A stretch of 64,000 bases of DNA from Candidatus Fervidifonticultor secundus (GTDB lineage: Bacteria; Sysuimicrobiota; Sysuimicrobiia; Sysuimicrobiales; Humicultoraceae). The notes beneath the pieces are model-generated. The model saw nothing but the letters and a program-made list of their open reading frames with translations. It was not told where the DNA came from and searched no databases. Made by a program: the position numbers and the translations under genes. Shown piece after piece: positions 9,814-18,136 of this stretch (position 1 is its first letter; each line of letters begins with the position of its first letter). The DNA lies in contig JAVKIP010000004.1 of assembly GCA_031459385.1 (NCBI GenBank), positions 104,708 through 168,707 of the forward strand, given 5' to 3'.

Positions 9814-10101
9814 ATACGTGGCGTTGTTGCGCTGCGTTCTCTGACTCCCGGCAGACTCCCGCATCCGGGGTGCCAGGTAAGTAGGTCTGGGCAGTTGTCA
9901 CAGCGTGTCCGCTGCCGCGGCCGCAGAGGCTAAGCGGCCTTCCCGGAAAGGAGGGGTGAGCCAGGCAGGGAGGCGCGACGGCGGCGGGACGGCGGGCTGA
10001 TCGGGAGAGACCGCGGAGGAAGAGGAAACACGCACACTCGTTCCCCCGCGGCGGCATTCCGTGACGCCCGTACTACCCAACAAAGGGGGAACGGACCAAC
10101 G

Positions 10102-11832
10102 ATGAAGCAGTTAGCTGTGGTGCTCGCAGCGATACTGACGCTCACGCTGGTCGCACCCGCCTTCGCGCAGCCGTTCGCGGACGTGCCCACGGACCACTGG
10201 GCGTACGACGCGATCGCCGAGCTGGCGGCGAAGGGCCTCATCGAGGGCTATCCCGATGGGGCGTTCCGGGGCGACCGCGCCATGACCCGCTACGAGATGG
10301 CCATGGTGGTGGCGCGCCTGCTGGCGCGCATCGAGGCCATCAAGATCCCGCCGCTGCCGCCCGACCTGGTGCGCCGCGCCGAACTCGCGAAGGCGCAGGC
10401 GGCCGAGGCGGCGGCGCGCACCGCGCTCGACAAGCGCCTGACCAGCAAGCTCGCCACGATCCAGCGCCTGGTCGCCGAGTTCCGCGCGGAGCTCGCAGCC
10501 CTGGGCGTGCGGGTGACCGCGGTGGAGGAGGAACTGGCGGCGATCCGGGCGCGGCTCGACAACACCCGCATCGCTGGTGATCTGCGGTTCCGGTACAACG
10601 TCTCCGAGGCGGGCACCTCCGACGGCCGGCTGCGGACCCGGATTCAGTTCAGCGGCCGCGGCGGCCCGAACACCGAAGTGGTGGTGCGGCTCTTCACGGC
10701 CAACAACGCCGGCGTGGGCGGATCCTACGACACCCGGTTCGGCCTGCACACGTTCTTCGGGAACGTGTCGTTCGACCGTCTGTACCTCGACATCCGGAAC
10801 ACCTGGGGCGCGACGCTGTGGCGGGCCGGCCGGCAGCACTACACGCTGAACGGCCTCGGCCCCTACGGCACCGGCCTGCTCTACGACCCGCAGAACGCCG
10901 TGGGGTTCGCGGGGTTCCAGGGCCGGCATCAGGTCTCGGCAGCCAACGCCGCGCTCGACGTTCCCTACACCGCGGGCATTCCCGGCACCAGCGACGGGCT
11001 GCGCTCTGACTGGGCGCTCGGGCCGCTGAACGTGACGGCCGCGGTCTTCGTCGAGCGCGCCAACGTCGCCCTGCCGGCCGCCGGCGGAGTCAGCGCGGCG
11101 GTCGTGCGCGACAACCAGATCCTCACCGTCTCCAGCAGCCAGCTGCTCCCCGGCTGGACGCTGGCGGGCAGCTACTACAACCAGGCCATCAACCCCGTCA
11201 ACCCCGCGAACTTCGGCGGGCGCGGCTGGGAGTTCGTGGCCACCGGCACGCTGTTCCCGGGCCTGTCGGTCTACGGCAACTACGCCTCGTGGAACGGCAG
11301 GCCGGTCGCAGGCGGCCCCGACTGGGGGTCGGCGAACGCCTGGCGTGTGGGCGGGAACCTGAACCTCGCCCAGATCGCGGGCATCGCCGCCTGGAACCCG
11401 ACCCTGGACTTCCAGTACCACCAGTACGGTCCGCTGCCTGCCGCCTGTGCCACGGCGCTGACCGTCGGCGGTGGCGGCTATAGCGCCGCCGGCGGCGGCT
11501 GCTTCCCGTCCCACACCTACGCCACGACCATCGTCGGGCAGGCGTTCGCCTTCAACATGCGGGGCTGGCTGGCGCGGCTGAACCTGACGATCACGCCGCG
11601 CACCGTGGCCAGGATCCTCTACGAGGGCGGGACCGTGCTGTGCGCGAGCGCGGGCTGCGCCACGACCGGGAGCTACTACGAGTGGTGGCTGCGGCTCGAG
11701 CACACCGTGGCGCCCAACACAACCCTGACCCTGAACTACTACAAGGCCAACGCCTCGCCGGCGGCCCTGGCGGGGACCGCCACCGGCGACTACCTGAACT
11801 TCTACCGGGCTGAGCTGCTGTACTCCTGGTAA
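10102..11832 (+). CDS. SLH-domain outer-membrane beta-barrel protein (OmpM/Omp-alpha-like)
   Basis: Signal peptide AFA-Q; single SLH 'FADVPTDHWAYDAI..L...G.IEGYPDG.FRGDR.MTRYEMA'; coiled coil; amphipathic beta strands ending in terminal Trp (ELLYSW). Confidence 0.88.
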   Translation: MKQLAVVLAAILTLTLVAPAFAQPFADVPTDHWAYDAIAELAAKGLIEGYPDGAFRGDRAMTRYEMAMVVARLLARIEAIKIPPLPPDLVRRAELAKAQAAEAAARTALDKRLTSKLATIQRLVAEFRAELAALGVRVTAVEEELAAIRARLDNTRIAGDLRFRYNVSEAGTSDGRLRTRIQFSGRGGPNTEVVVRLFTANNAGVGGSYDTRFGLHTFFGNVSFDRLYLDIRNTWGATLWRAGRQHYTLNGLGPYGTGLLYDPQNAVGFAGFQGRHQVSAANAALDVPYTAGIPGTSDGLRSDWALGPLNVTAAVFVERANVALPAAGGVSAAVVRDNQILTVSSSQLLPGWTLAGSYYNQAINPVNPANFGGRGWEFVATGTLFPGLSVYGNYASWNGRPVAGGPDWGSANAWRVGGNLNLAQIAGIAAWNPTLDFQYHQYGPLPAACATALTVGGGGYSAAGGGCFPSHTYATTIVGQAFAFNMRGWLARLNLTITPRTVARILYEGGTVLCASAGCATTGSYYEWWLRLEHTVAPNTTLTLNYYKANASPAALAGTATGDYLNFYRAELLYSW

Positions 11833-11859
11833 CAACCGGGAGACGCAACTCCGTTGACC

Positions 11860-11891
11860 GAGCCCCCGGAGGCGCAGGCCTCCGGGGGCTC
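11860..11891 (+). terminator. Perfect 14-bp hairpin after the SLH gene (terminator or mRNA stabiliser)
   Basis: gagcccccggaggc-gcag-gcctccgggggctc; no U-tract. Confidence 0.65.
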
Positions 11892-12017
11892 ATGCGTTCC
11901 GGCGCCGGCGTCTGCGGTGCGTGCGTGGTTCCCTGCGCGGGCGTCGGCTGTCGCCGCCCCCATCGGTCGTGTACAATGGGGCGGGTCCGCATGTCTGCGA
12001 ACTGGTGGTGAGAGGCG

Positions 12018-12299
12018 ATGCTCAAAGTGCTGGCCGTGGTGGCGCTGGTGGCGGTGGCGCAGATCCTGCCCAGCTGCGGAGAGCGCGGGGACCAGGAGTC
12101 CGGCGCTGCCAGCCAGCCCCAGGTCATCGGATGGGTCGACGAAAAGTACACCCGCATGGCCGAGACCTCGCCCTACCTCATCGTCATCAACCAGGTGGAG
12201 TACGGCGTGCCCTTCGAGTTCTGGCGCACCGTCGACGTCGGGGACCTCGTGAAGTACCAGGACGGCAGGTGGTCCATCGTGCGCCGGCGCGCCCGCTGA
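12018..12299 (+). CDS. Small hypothetical exported protein or lipoprotein
   Basis: GAGG RBS, hydrophobic N-terminus ending 'LPSC', strong GC3 bias, TACAAT -10 upstream. Confidence 0.65.
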   Translation: MLKVLAVVALVAVAQILPSCGERGDQESGAASQPQVIGWVDEKYTRMAETSPYLIVINQVEYGVPFEFWRTVDVGDLVKYQDGRWSIVRRRAR

Positions 12300-12324
12300 G
12301 GTCGGGCGCGGGCAGGCACCGGCC

Positions 12325-12717
12325 GTGGAGCGCAGCCGCGACTGGCTCGACGCAGCGCTGGCCGACCTGGAGCACGCGCGCAGCGACCGCGCGCGGGGGT
12401 TCTACAACTGGGCGTGCTTCTCGGCCCAGCAGGCCGCCGAGAAGGCCGTCAAAGCGGTCTTCCAGAAGCTGGGGGCCGAGGCATGGGGCCACTCCGTGGC
12501 CGACCTGCTGCGGGAACTCGACAGGCAGCGGCCCGTGCCGGCGGAACTGATGGATCGCGCCCTCGAGTTGGACAAAGCGTACATTCCGACCCGGTATCCC
12601 AACGCGCATCCCTCCGGCTCGCCCGCGGACCGCTATACCGACACGGAAGCCGGACGCCTCATCGGTCATGCCCAGGCCATCGCGGAGTTCTGTCAGGGTC
12701 TCGTATCCACGCTTTGA
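12325..12717 (+). CDS. HEPN domain protein (putative toxin)
   Basis: 'A.ADLEHA...GFYNWACFSAQQAAEKAVKA', 'GHSV..LL', 'LDKAYIPTRYPNAH' (RX4H). Confidence 0.9.
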   Translation: MERSRDWLDAALADLEHARSDRARGFYNWACFSAQQAAEKAVKAVFQKLGAEAWGHSVADLLRELDRQRPVPAELMDRALELDKAYIPTRYPNAHPSGSPADRYTDTEAGRLIGHAQAIAEFCQGLVSTL

Positions 12718-13042
12718 CCGGGACCAGCTGCTGGCGCTGCTTCGCCAGCGACTTCCGGCGCTGCAGGCGCGCCTGCCCCTCCGCCGCGTCGTGCTGATCG
12801 GCTCGTGGGCGCGGGGGCGGCAGACCGCCGCGAGTGACATCGACCTGCTGGTCGTCTACGACGGACCGCCCCGCGAGGACGCCTTCGCCACCGTCAAGCG
12901 CGCCCTGGGGATCTCCCAGCTGGAACCGCACGTCTACAGTGCTGCCGAGGCCAGGGCGGTGCGCGACCGGCTTGCCCGCATGGCCGCCGGCGGGGTGGTC
13001 GTGTTCTCCGACCCCGACCGTCCCTCCGTGAACTCGCCTTGA
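12668..13042 (+). CDS. Minimal nucleotidyltransferase (MNT, putative antitoxin)
   Basis: GSX10DXD motif 'GSWARGRQTAASDID'; overlaps the HEPN gene. Confidence 0.88.
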   Translation: MPRPSRSSVRVSYPRFDRDQLLALLRQRLPALQARLPLRRVVLIGSWARGRQTAASDIDLLVVYDGPPREDAFATVKRALGISQLEPHVYSAAEARAVRDRLARMAAGGVVVFSDPDRPSVNSP

Positions 13043-13072
13043 GTGCGCACGGGCACACGCGCTGCCGGCATG

Positions 13073-13101
13073 TTGACCCCGACAGGGGCGCCGGGTATGC
13101 T
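13073..13101 (+). promoter_or_regulatory. Sigma70-type promoter
   Basis: TTGACC-N17-TATGCT upstream of GGAGG RBS and GTG at 13124. Confidence 0.65.
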
Positions 13102-13123
13102 CGCACCACAGGAGGGAGTCGCG

Positions 13124-13729
13124 GTGGCCCTGGAGCAGCGGGTCGACAGGTTGGAGGCAGCGCTCACGCGGCTGGCGGAGGCCCAGGCCCGCACCGAGGA
13201 GCGGGTCGGCCGGCTGGAAGAGCGCATGGGCCGGGTGGAAGCGGCCCTGGCGCAGCTAGCGGAAGCGCAGGCCCGCACGGAGCGGCGGGTGGAAGAACTG
13301 GCCCAGGCCCAGGCCCGCACGGAGCAGGCAGTGCTGACCCTGGCCCAGCAGGTCGGGCGGCTCAGCGAAACGCTCGGCTTCACCCTGGAGGACGTCGCCC
13401 GCGAGTTGACGCCGTCCTACCTGGCACAACGGTATGGCATCACGGTGGCCTTGCTCGAGCGGAGGTTCTTCCTCGTGGACGGCGAGGAGGTCGAGGTCGA
13501 CTTCTACGGCGAGGGAATGCGGGACGGTCAGCGCGTGGCTGTGATCGGTGAAGTCCGCACCCGCATCTACGGGCGCGACGTCGAGGCCGCAGTGCGGACG
13601 GCTGAGCGGCTGAGGCTGCAGGTGCCCGGGGTGCCGGTCGTGGTGCTCTTCGGGTTCGTCATCCACCCGTCGGCGCGCGAGGCGGCGGCCCGCACGGGGG
13701 CCATTGTGATCTCGTCGGTCGGGCGCTGA
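13124..13729 (+). CDS. Coiled-coil repeat protein with C-terminal PD-(D/E)XK-like domain (DUF3782-like)
   Basis: Heptad repeats 'LAEAQARTEERV'; 'VGRLSETLGFTLED', 'EVEVDFYGEG...VIGEVRTRI'. Confidence 0.7.
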   Translation: MALEQRVDRLEAALTRLAEAQARTEERVGRLEERMGRVEAALAQLAEAQARTERRVEELAQAQARTEQAVLTLAQQVGRLSETLGFTLEDVARELTPSYLAQRYGITVALLERRFFLVDGEEVEVDFYGEGMRDGQRVAVIGEVRTRIYGRDVEAAVRTAERLRLQVPGVPVVVLFGFVIHPSAREAAARTGAIVISSVGR

Positions 13730-13747
13730 TCCTGCGCATCGGCGCCA

Positions 13748-13780
13748 CCTTTAATCCGGTCCGGTGAGGCCGGGAAGGAG
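13748..13780 (+). promoter_or_regulatory. PyrR-binding RNA element overlapping the pyrD ribosome-binding site
   Basis: CCTTTAA-tcc-GGTCCGGTGAGGCCGGG-AAGGAG matches the PyrR binding-loop consensus, immediately before pyrD. Confidence 0.8.
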
Positions 13781-13787
13781 GGCCCAG

Positions 13788-14828
13788 ATGGGTTCCCGCA
13801 AGGCGGCCCGCAACAGCGCCGCGACACCGACACGAGTGCAGGCACCATCGTGCGACGTGCTCGCCGCTCCCTCCCTCGAAGTCACCGTCGCGGGTATCGT
13901 GTTTCCCACTCCGGTCCTGGCGGGCCCCGGCCCCGTCGAGTTCGGCCGGCAGGTCCAGGCCGTCTACGACCTGCGCGCCTTCGGCGGCATCATCACCAAG
14001 TCGGTGAGCCTGGAGGCCCGGCCCGGGTATCCCGGGCCCACGATCGTCGAGACCACCGCCGGCTGGCTCAACGCCGTCGGCCTGAAGAACCCCGGGCTGG
14101 CGGCGTTCCTGGCGCGCGACCTGCCGTTCCTGCGCGCGCTCGGTCGCCCGGTGGTCGTCAGCATCGTCGGGCACGCCGTAGAGGAGTTCGCGGAGATGGC
14201 CGCCGTGCTCGACGACGAGGCGGGCGTGGCGGCGCTTGAGGTCAACGTTTCCTGTCCCAACGTGGCCGACGGGCTCTGGTTCGGCACCGATCCGGCGCGC
14301 ACGTTCGCGCTGGTGGCGGCCGTGCGCCGCGCGACCCGTCGGCCGCTCTTCGTGAAGCTGGGCCCCAACGTGACCGACATCGTCTCGATCGCCCGGGCGG
14401 CAGCCGACGCCGGCGCCGACGGGCTCTCGCTGGTCAACACGCTGCAGGGGCTGGCGGTCGACGCCCGCACGCGCCGGCCGCGCCTGGCTGCGGGCCTGGG
14501 CGGGCTCTCCGGCCCCGCGATCAAGCCCGTGGCGCTCCGCATGGTGTGGGAGGTCGCGCAGCACCTGCGGCTGCCCATCATCGGGATGGGCGGAGTGCAG
14601 ACCGCCGAGGACGCCGTCGAGTTCCTGCTCTGCGGTGCCCGCGCTGTGGCCGTGGCCTCGGGGCTCCTGGCGAATCCCCGGGTGGCGGAAGAGATCACCC
14701 GTGGGCTGTGCCAGTTCCTGGTCGAGCAGGGCGTGGCGCGCGTCACGGATCTGGTGGGCCAGCTGGAGTTCCCGGGTGCCGTCACCGGGCCTGTGCCCGC
14801 GGGCGGCGCCCGCGCGGGCCGGGGGTGA
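13788..14828 (+). CDS. pyrD: Dihydroorotate dehydrogenase, class 1 catalytic subunit
   Basis: 'IITKS...LNAVGLKNPG', 'EVNVSCPNV', 'VKLGPNVTDI', 'GGLSGPAIKPVALRMV', 'IIGMGGV'. Confidence 0.93.
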   Translation: MGSRKAARNSAATPTRVQAPSCDVLAAPSLEVTVAGIVFPTPVLAGPGPVEFGRQVQAVYDLRAFGGIITKSVSLEARPGYPGPTIVETTAGWLNAVGLKNPGLAAFLARDLPFLRALGRPVVVSIVGHAVEEFAEMAAVLDDEAGVAALEVNVSCPNVADGLWFGTDPARTFALVAAVRRATRRPLFVKLGPNVTDIVSIARAAADAGADGLSLVNTLQGLAVDARTRRPRLAAGLGGLSGPAIKPVALRMVWEVAQHLRLPIIGMGGVQTAEDAVEFLLCGARAVAVASGLLANPRVAEEITRGLCQFLVEQGVARVTDLVGQLEFPGAVTGPVPAGGARAGRG

Positions 14829-15601
14829 TGCGCCCCGACGCGCTCTGGCCGGCACCGCCCCCGTCCGAGGCGTCCGCCCCGGAGGCGCGTCGCGTGACGT
14901 CGGCGTCACCGCCCCCGCTGGTGGTCGCGCTGGACGTGCCGTCGCTGCAGGAGGCCGTGCGTCTGGTCGAGGGCCTGCGGCCGGCAACGGACTGGTTCAA
15001 GGTGGGGGCGATCCTGTTCACGACGGCCGGGCCCGACGCCGTGCGCTCGGTCCACGCGGCCGGCGGACGCGTCTTCCTGGACCTGAAGTTCCATGACATC
15101 CCCCAGACCGTCGAGGGTGCGGTGGCCGCGGCCGCCGACCTGGGCGTCGCCCTCGTCACGGTCCATTGCGCCACCGGGCCCGCGGCGCTCGAGGCAGCGG
15201 TCCGCGCCGCGCGGCGCAGCCCGCGCCTGCGCGTGCTGGGTGTGACGCGGCTCACCAGCGCGCGGGGGCGGGGCGGCGTCCTGGCCGCGGCCCGGGTCGC
15301 CTTCGCAGCCGGCCTCGACGGCGTCACCGCGGCCGCCGGCGAGGTCCGCGCGGTCAAGCGTGCCTGCGGCGCGGGGTTCCTGGTGGCGACGCCGGGGATC
15401 CGGCCTGCCGGCACCGACACCGGGGACCAGGCACGCACCGCCACGCCGCGGGCGGCGGTGCGCGCCGGCAGCGACTTCCTGGTGGTGGGCCGGCCAGTGG
15501 TGGCGGCGCGGGATCCGCTGGCCGCGGCCCGCGCGATCCAGGACGAGATCGCCGCGGCATGGGGCGATCCTGCCGCGCCGCCGTGGGGGGCAGCGACGTG
15601 A
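14828..15601 (+). CDS. pyrF: Orotidine-5'-phosphate decarboxylase
   Basis: 'LVVALD', 'FKVG', 'FLDLKFHDIPQTV', 'TPGIRP...DQAR.ATP', 'VVGRP'; TGATG coupling with pyrD. Confidence 0.93.
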   Translation: MRPDALWPAPPPSEASAPEARRVTSASPPPLVVALDVPSLQEAVRLVEGLRPATDWFKVGAILFTTAGPDAVRSVHAAGGRVFLDLKFHDIPQTVEGAVAAAADLGVALVTVHCATGPAALEAAVRAARRSPRLRVLGVTRLTSARGRGGVLAAARVAFAAGLDGVTAAAGEVRAVKRACGAGFLVATPGIRPAGTDTGDQARTATPRAAVRAGSDFLVVGRPVVAARDPLAAARAIQDEIAAAWGDPAAPPWGAAT

Positions 15602-15647
15602 GCCGACAGCCCTCCATCGCGCGGACCGCGGTGGGGCGGAGCCACCT

Positions 15648-16235
15648 GTGAGCGACCGGTGGCTCGAACGCCTGCGGCAGCGCAAAGCCGTGCAGGAGGG
15701 GCACTTCCTGCTGACCTCCGGGAACCACAGTTCCGTGTACGTTCAGAACGCCCTGATCCTCCAGTATCCGGAGGACGCAGCCGCGATCGGCCGGGCGCTG
15801 GCGGCGCAGGTCCGCCACCTCGCACCCGAGGTGGTCCTGGGCCCGGCGCTGGGGGCCGTGATCGTCGTCCACGAGGTGGCCAGGGCGCTCGGCACGCGCG
15901 GCATCTTCGCCGAGCGCGTGGACGGGCGCATGCGGCTGCGTCGGGGGTTCGCGCTCCGGCCCGGCGAGCGGGTGCTGCTGGTCGAGGACGTGATCACCAC
16001 CGGTGGCTCCCTGGCTGAGGTCGCCGACGTCGTGCGCGAGGCCGGGGGTCGCGTCGTCGGCGCAGCCGCGATCGTGGACCGCAGCGGGGGCACGGTTGCG
16101 CTGGGCGTGCCGCTCGCGGCCCTCGTGACCCTTGACCTGCCGGTGTTCCCGCCCGACGGCTGCCCGCTGTGCGCGCAGGGGCTGCCGGTGGAGAAGCCCG
16201 GGAGCCGGGCCCGGCCGGGTGCCCGGGCCGGATAG
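15648..16235 (+). CDS. pyrE: Orotate phosphoribosyltransferase
   Basis: 'EGHFLLTSGNHS', 'LLVEDVITTGGS', 'CPLCAQGLPVEKPGSR'. Confidence 0.93.
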   Translation: MSDRWLERLRQRKAVQEGHFLLTSGNHSSVYVQNALILQYPEDAAAIGRALAAQVRHLAPEVVLGPALGAVIVVHEVARALGTRGIFAERVDGRMRLRRGFALRPGERVLLVEDVITTGGSLAEVADVVREAGGRVVGAAAIVDRSGGTVALGVPLAALVTLDLPVFPPDGCPLCAQGLPVEKPGSRARPGARAG

Positions 16236-16241
16236 GGCTCC

Positions 16242-16288
16242 GCACAACATCTTGATGGTTCCCAGCGGATTTCCCCAATATCTGGGAG
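16242..16288. promoter_or_regulatory. Tandem NrdR-like boxes
   Basis: gcaCaAcATcTtGatg (16242-16257) and cccCaAtATcTgGgag (16273-16288); both carry the C-A-AT-T-G core and start 31 bp apart. Confidence 0.65.
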
Positions 16289-16297
16289 TACGGTCAT

Positions 16298-16327
16298 TTG
16301 ACGCGACCGCGACAGGGCGTCTATAAT
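16298..16327 (+). promoter_or_regulatory. Sigma70-type promoter for hpt-guaB3-guaA
   Basis: TTGACG-N18-TATAAT. Confidence 0.75.
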
Positions 16328-16359
16328 GGCCCCAATCCCCTCCAGAAGGAGCCCGTCCG

Positions 16360-16911
16360 GTGGGCCTGGCGGACGACGTCGAAGAAGTCCTCATCCCGGA
16401 GGAGGTCCTCCTGGACCGAATCCGGGAACTCGGGCGGCAGATCTCCGTCGAGTACGACGCCAAAGAGCCCCTGCTGATCGGCATCCTGACAGGGGCGTTC
16501 GTGTTCATGGCCGATCTGCTGCGCGCCATCACGATCCCCTGCCAGGTCGACTTCATGGCCACGGCCTCCTACGCGGGCACGGAGTCCAGCGGGATCGTCC
16601 GCATTCTCAAAGACCTCGACCAGACCATCGAAGGTCGGCACGTGCTGGTGGTCGACGACATCATCGACACCGGCCTGACGATGGACTACCTCCTTGAGAC
16701 GCTCAAGGCGCGCTACCCGGCCTCCCTGCGCGTCTGCGCCCTCCTGGACAAGAAGCCGCGCCGGCGGCGCGAGATCCCCATCGACTTCGCCGGGTTCGTC
16801 ATTCCCGACCGGTTCGTGGTCGGCTACGGCCTGGACTTCGCCGGCCGCTACCGCAACCTGCGCTACATCGGCGTGCTCAAGCCCGAACTGTACGGGATCC
16901 CCCCAGCGTGA
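16360..16911 (+). CDS. hpt: Hypoxanthine phosphoribosyltransferase
   Basis: 'GILTGAFVFMADLLR', 'VLVVDDIIDTGLT', 'FVVGYGLDFAGRYRNL'; AAGGAG RBS. Confidence 0.96.
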   Translation: MGLADDVEEVLIPEEVLLDRIRELGRQISVEYDAKEPLLIGILTGAFVFMADLLRAITIPCQVDFMATASYAGTESSGIVRILKDLDQTIEGRHVLVVDDIIDTGLTMDYLLETLKARYPASLRVCALLDKKPRRRREIPIDFAGFVIPDRFVVGYGLDFAGRYRNLRYIGVLKPELYGIPPA

Positions 16912-16921
16912 GGTGAGCCAG

Positions 16922-18136
16922 ATGGCGACGCGCGTGGAAGCACCGGCAATCGGCGCTGGCGCGCTCGGCGGCGGTGAGTGGCTGGGCCGCGGCCGCCTGG
17001 TCCGGCGCACGTACAGCCTGGAGGACGTGGCGCTGGTGCCGGCGACGTCGACACTCGATCCCGAGGACACGGACACGTCCTGGCAACTCGGGCCCCATGT
17101 CTTCCGCCTGCCATTCGTCGCCTCGGCGATGGACAGCGTCGTCGACGTGGGCATGGCCGAGGCGATGTGGCGCCTGGGCGGGCTCGCCGTGCTGAACCTC
17201 GAGGGGCTGCAGACGCGCTATCCCGACCCGGCCGAGCCGCTGGCGGCCATCGCGGCCGCAGCGCAGGACGAGGTGGTCGCGCTCATGCAGCGCCTGTACC
17301 AGGCGCCGATCCAGGACGACCTGGTGGCTGCGCGCGTCGGCGCCATCAAGGCGACCGGAGCCATCTGCGCGGTCTCCGTGACACCGGCCGCGGCCGCGCG
17401 CCTGGCGCCGCTGGCGCAGCAGGCCGGGGCCGACCTGGTGCTGGTGCAGTCCACCGTGATCACCGAGGCCCACCGCTCGACCCGGGGGCGCGCGCTGTCG
17501 CTGCGGCAGCTGGCCGCCCAGCTGGGCGTGCCCGTGCTGGCCGGGAACTGCGTGTCGTATGCCGCGGCCCTGGGCCTGATGGAGGCGGGCGCGGCGGCGG
17601 TCTTCGTCGGCGTCGGCCCTGGCGCGGCCTGCACCAGCCGCCGCGTGCTCGGCATCGGCGTCCCCCAGGCCACGGCGATCTGCGATGCGGCTGCCGCGCG
17701 CGCGGACTTCCTGGCCCGCACCGGTCGCTACGTCCCCGTGGTGGCCGACGGCGGTATCGCCACCGGCGGCGACGTGGCGAAGGCCATCGCCTGCGGCGCC
17801 GACGCCGTGATGCTGGGCTCGGCGCTGGCGCGCGCGGCCGAGGCGCCCGGGCGCGGCTTCCACTGGGGCATGGCCACGCCCCACGCCGCGCTGCCTCGCG
17901 GCACGCGCATCCGGGTGGGCACGACCGGCACCCTGCGCCAGATCCTGCTGGGACCGGCGGCCACCGACGATGGCTCGCACAACCTGGCCGAGGCCCTGCG
18001 GACTGCCATGGGGATGTGCGGCGCGGCCACGATTCGCGAGATGCACCAGGTCGAGCTGGTCCTGGCTCCGCAGCTCGGCGCCGAGGGCAAGGCGGCGCAG
18101 TTCAGCCAGCAGGTGGGGCAGGGGCGGGCGCGGTGA
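16922..18136 (+). CDS. GuaB3-family IMP dehydrogenase-related protein
   Basis: '[13 protein letters not shown]', 'ASAMDSVVD', '[10 protein letters not shown]', '[11 protein letters not shown]', 'ADGGI'; no CBS domains. Confidence 0.92.
   Translation: MATRVEAPAIGAGALGGGEWLGRGRLVRRTYSLEDVALVPATSTLDPEDTDTSWQLGPHVFRLPFVASAMDSVVDVGMAEAMWRLGGLAVLNLEGLQTRYPDPAEPLAAIAAAAQDEVVALMQRLYQAPIQDDLVAARVGAIKATGAICAVSVTPAAAARLAPLAQQAGADLVLVQSTVITEAHRSTRGRALSLRQLAAQLGVPVLAGNCVSYAAALGLMEAGAAAVFVGVGPGAACTSRRVLGIGVPQATAICDAAAARADFLARTGRYVPVVADGGIATGGDVAKAIACGADAVMLGSALARAAEAPGRGFHWGMATPHAALPRGTRIRVGTTGTLRQILLGPAATDDGSHNLAEALRTAMGMCGAATIREMHQVELVLAPQLGAEGKAAQFSQQVGQGRAR

Noticed and set aside
9780..9970. Possible c-di-AMP, c-di-GMP-I or SAM riboswitch, or SRP/6S/RNase P RNA in the long gap
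   Set aside because: Only short fragments resemble these consensuses and the required downstream motifs are absent; kept as an unclassified leader.
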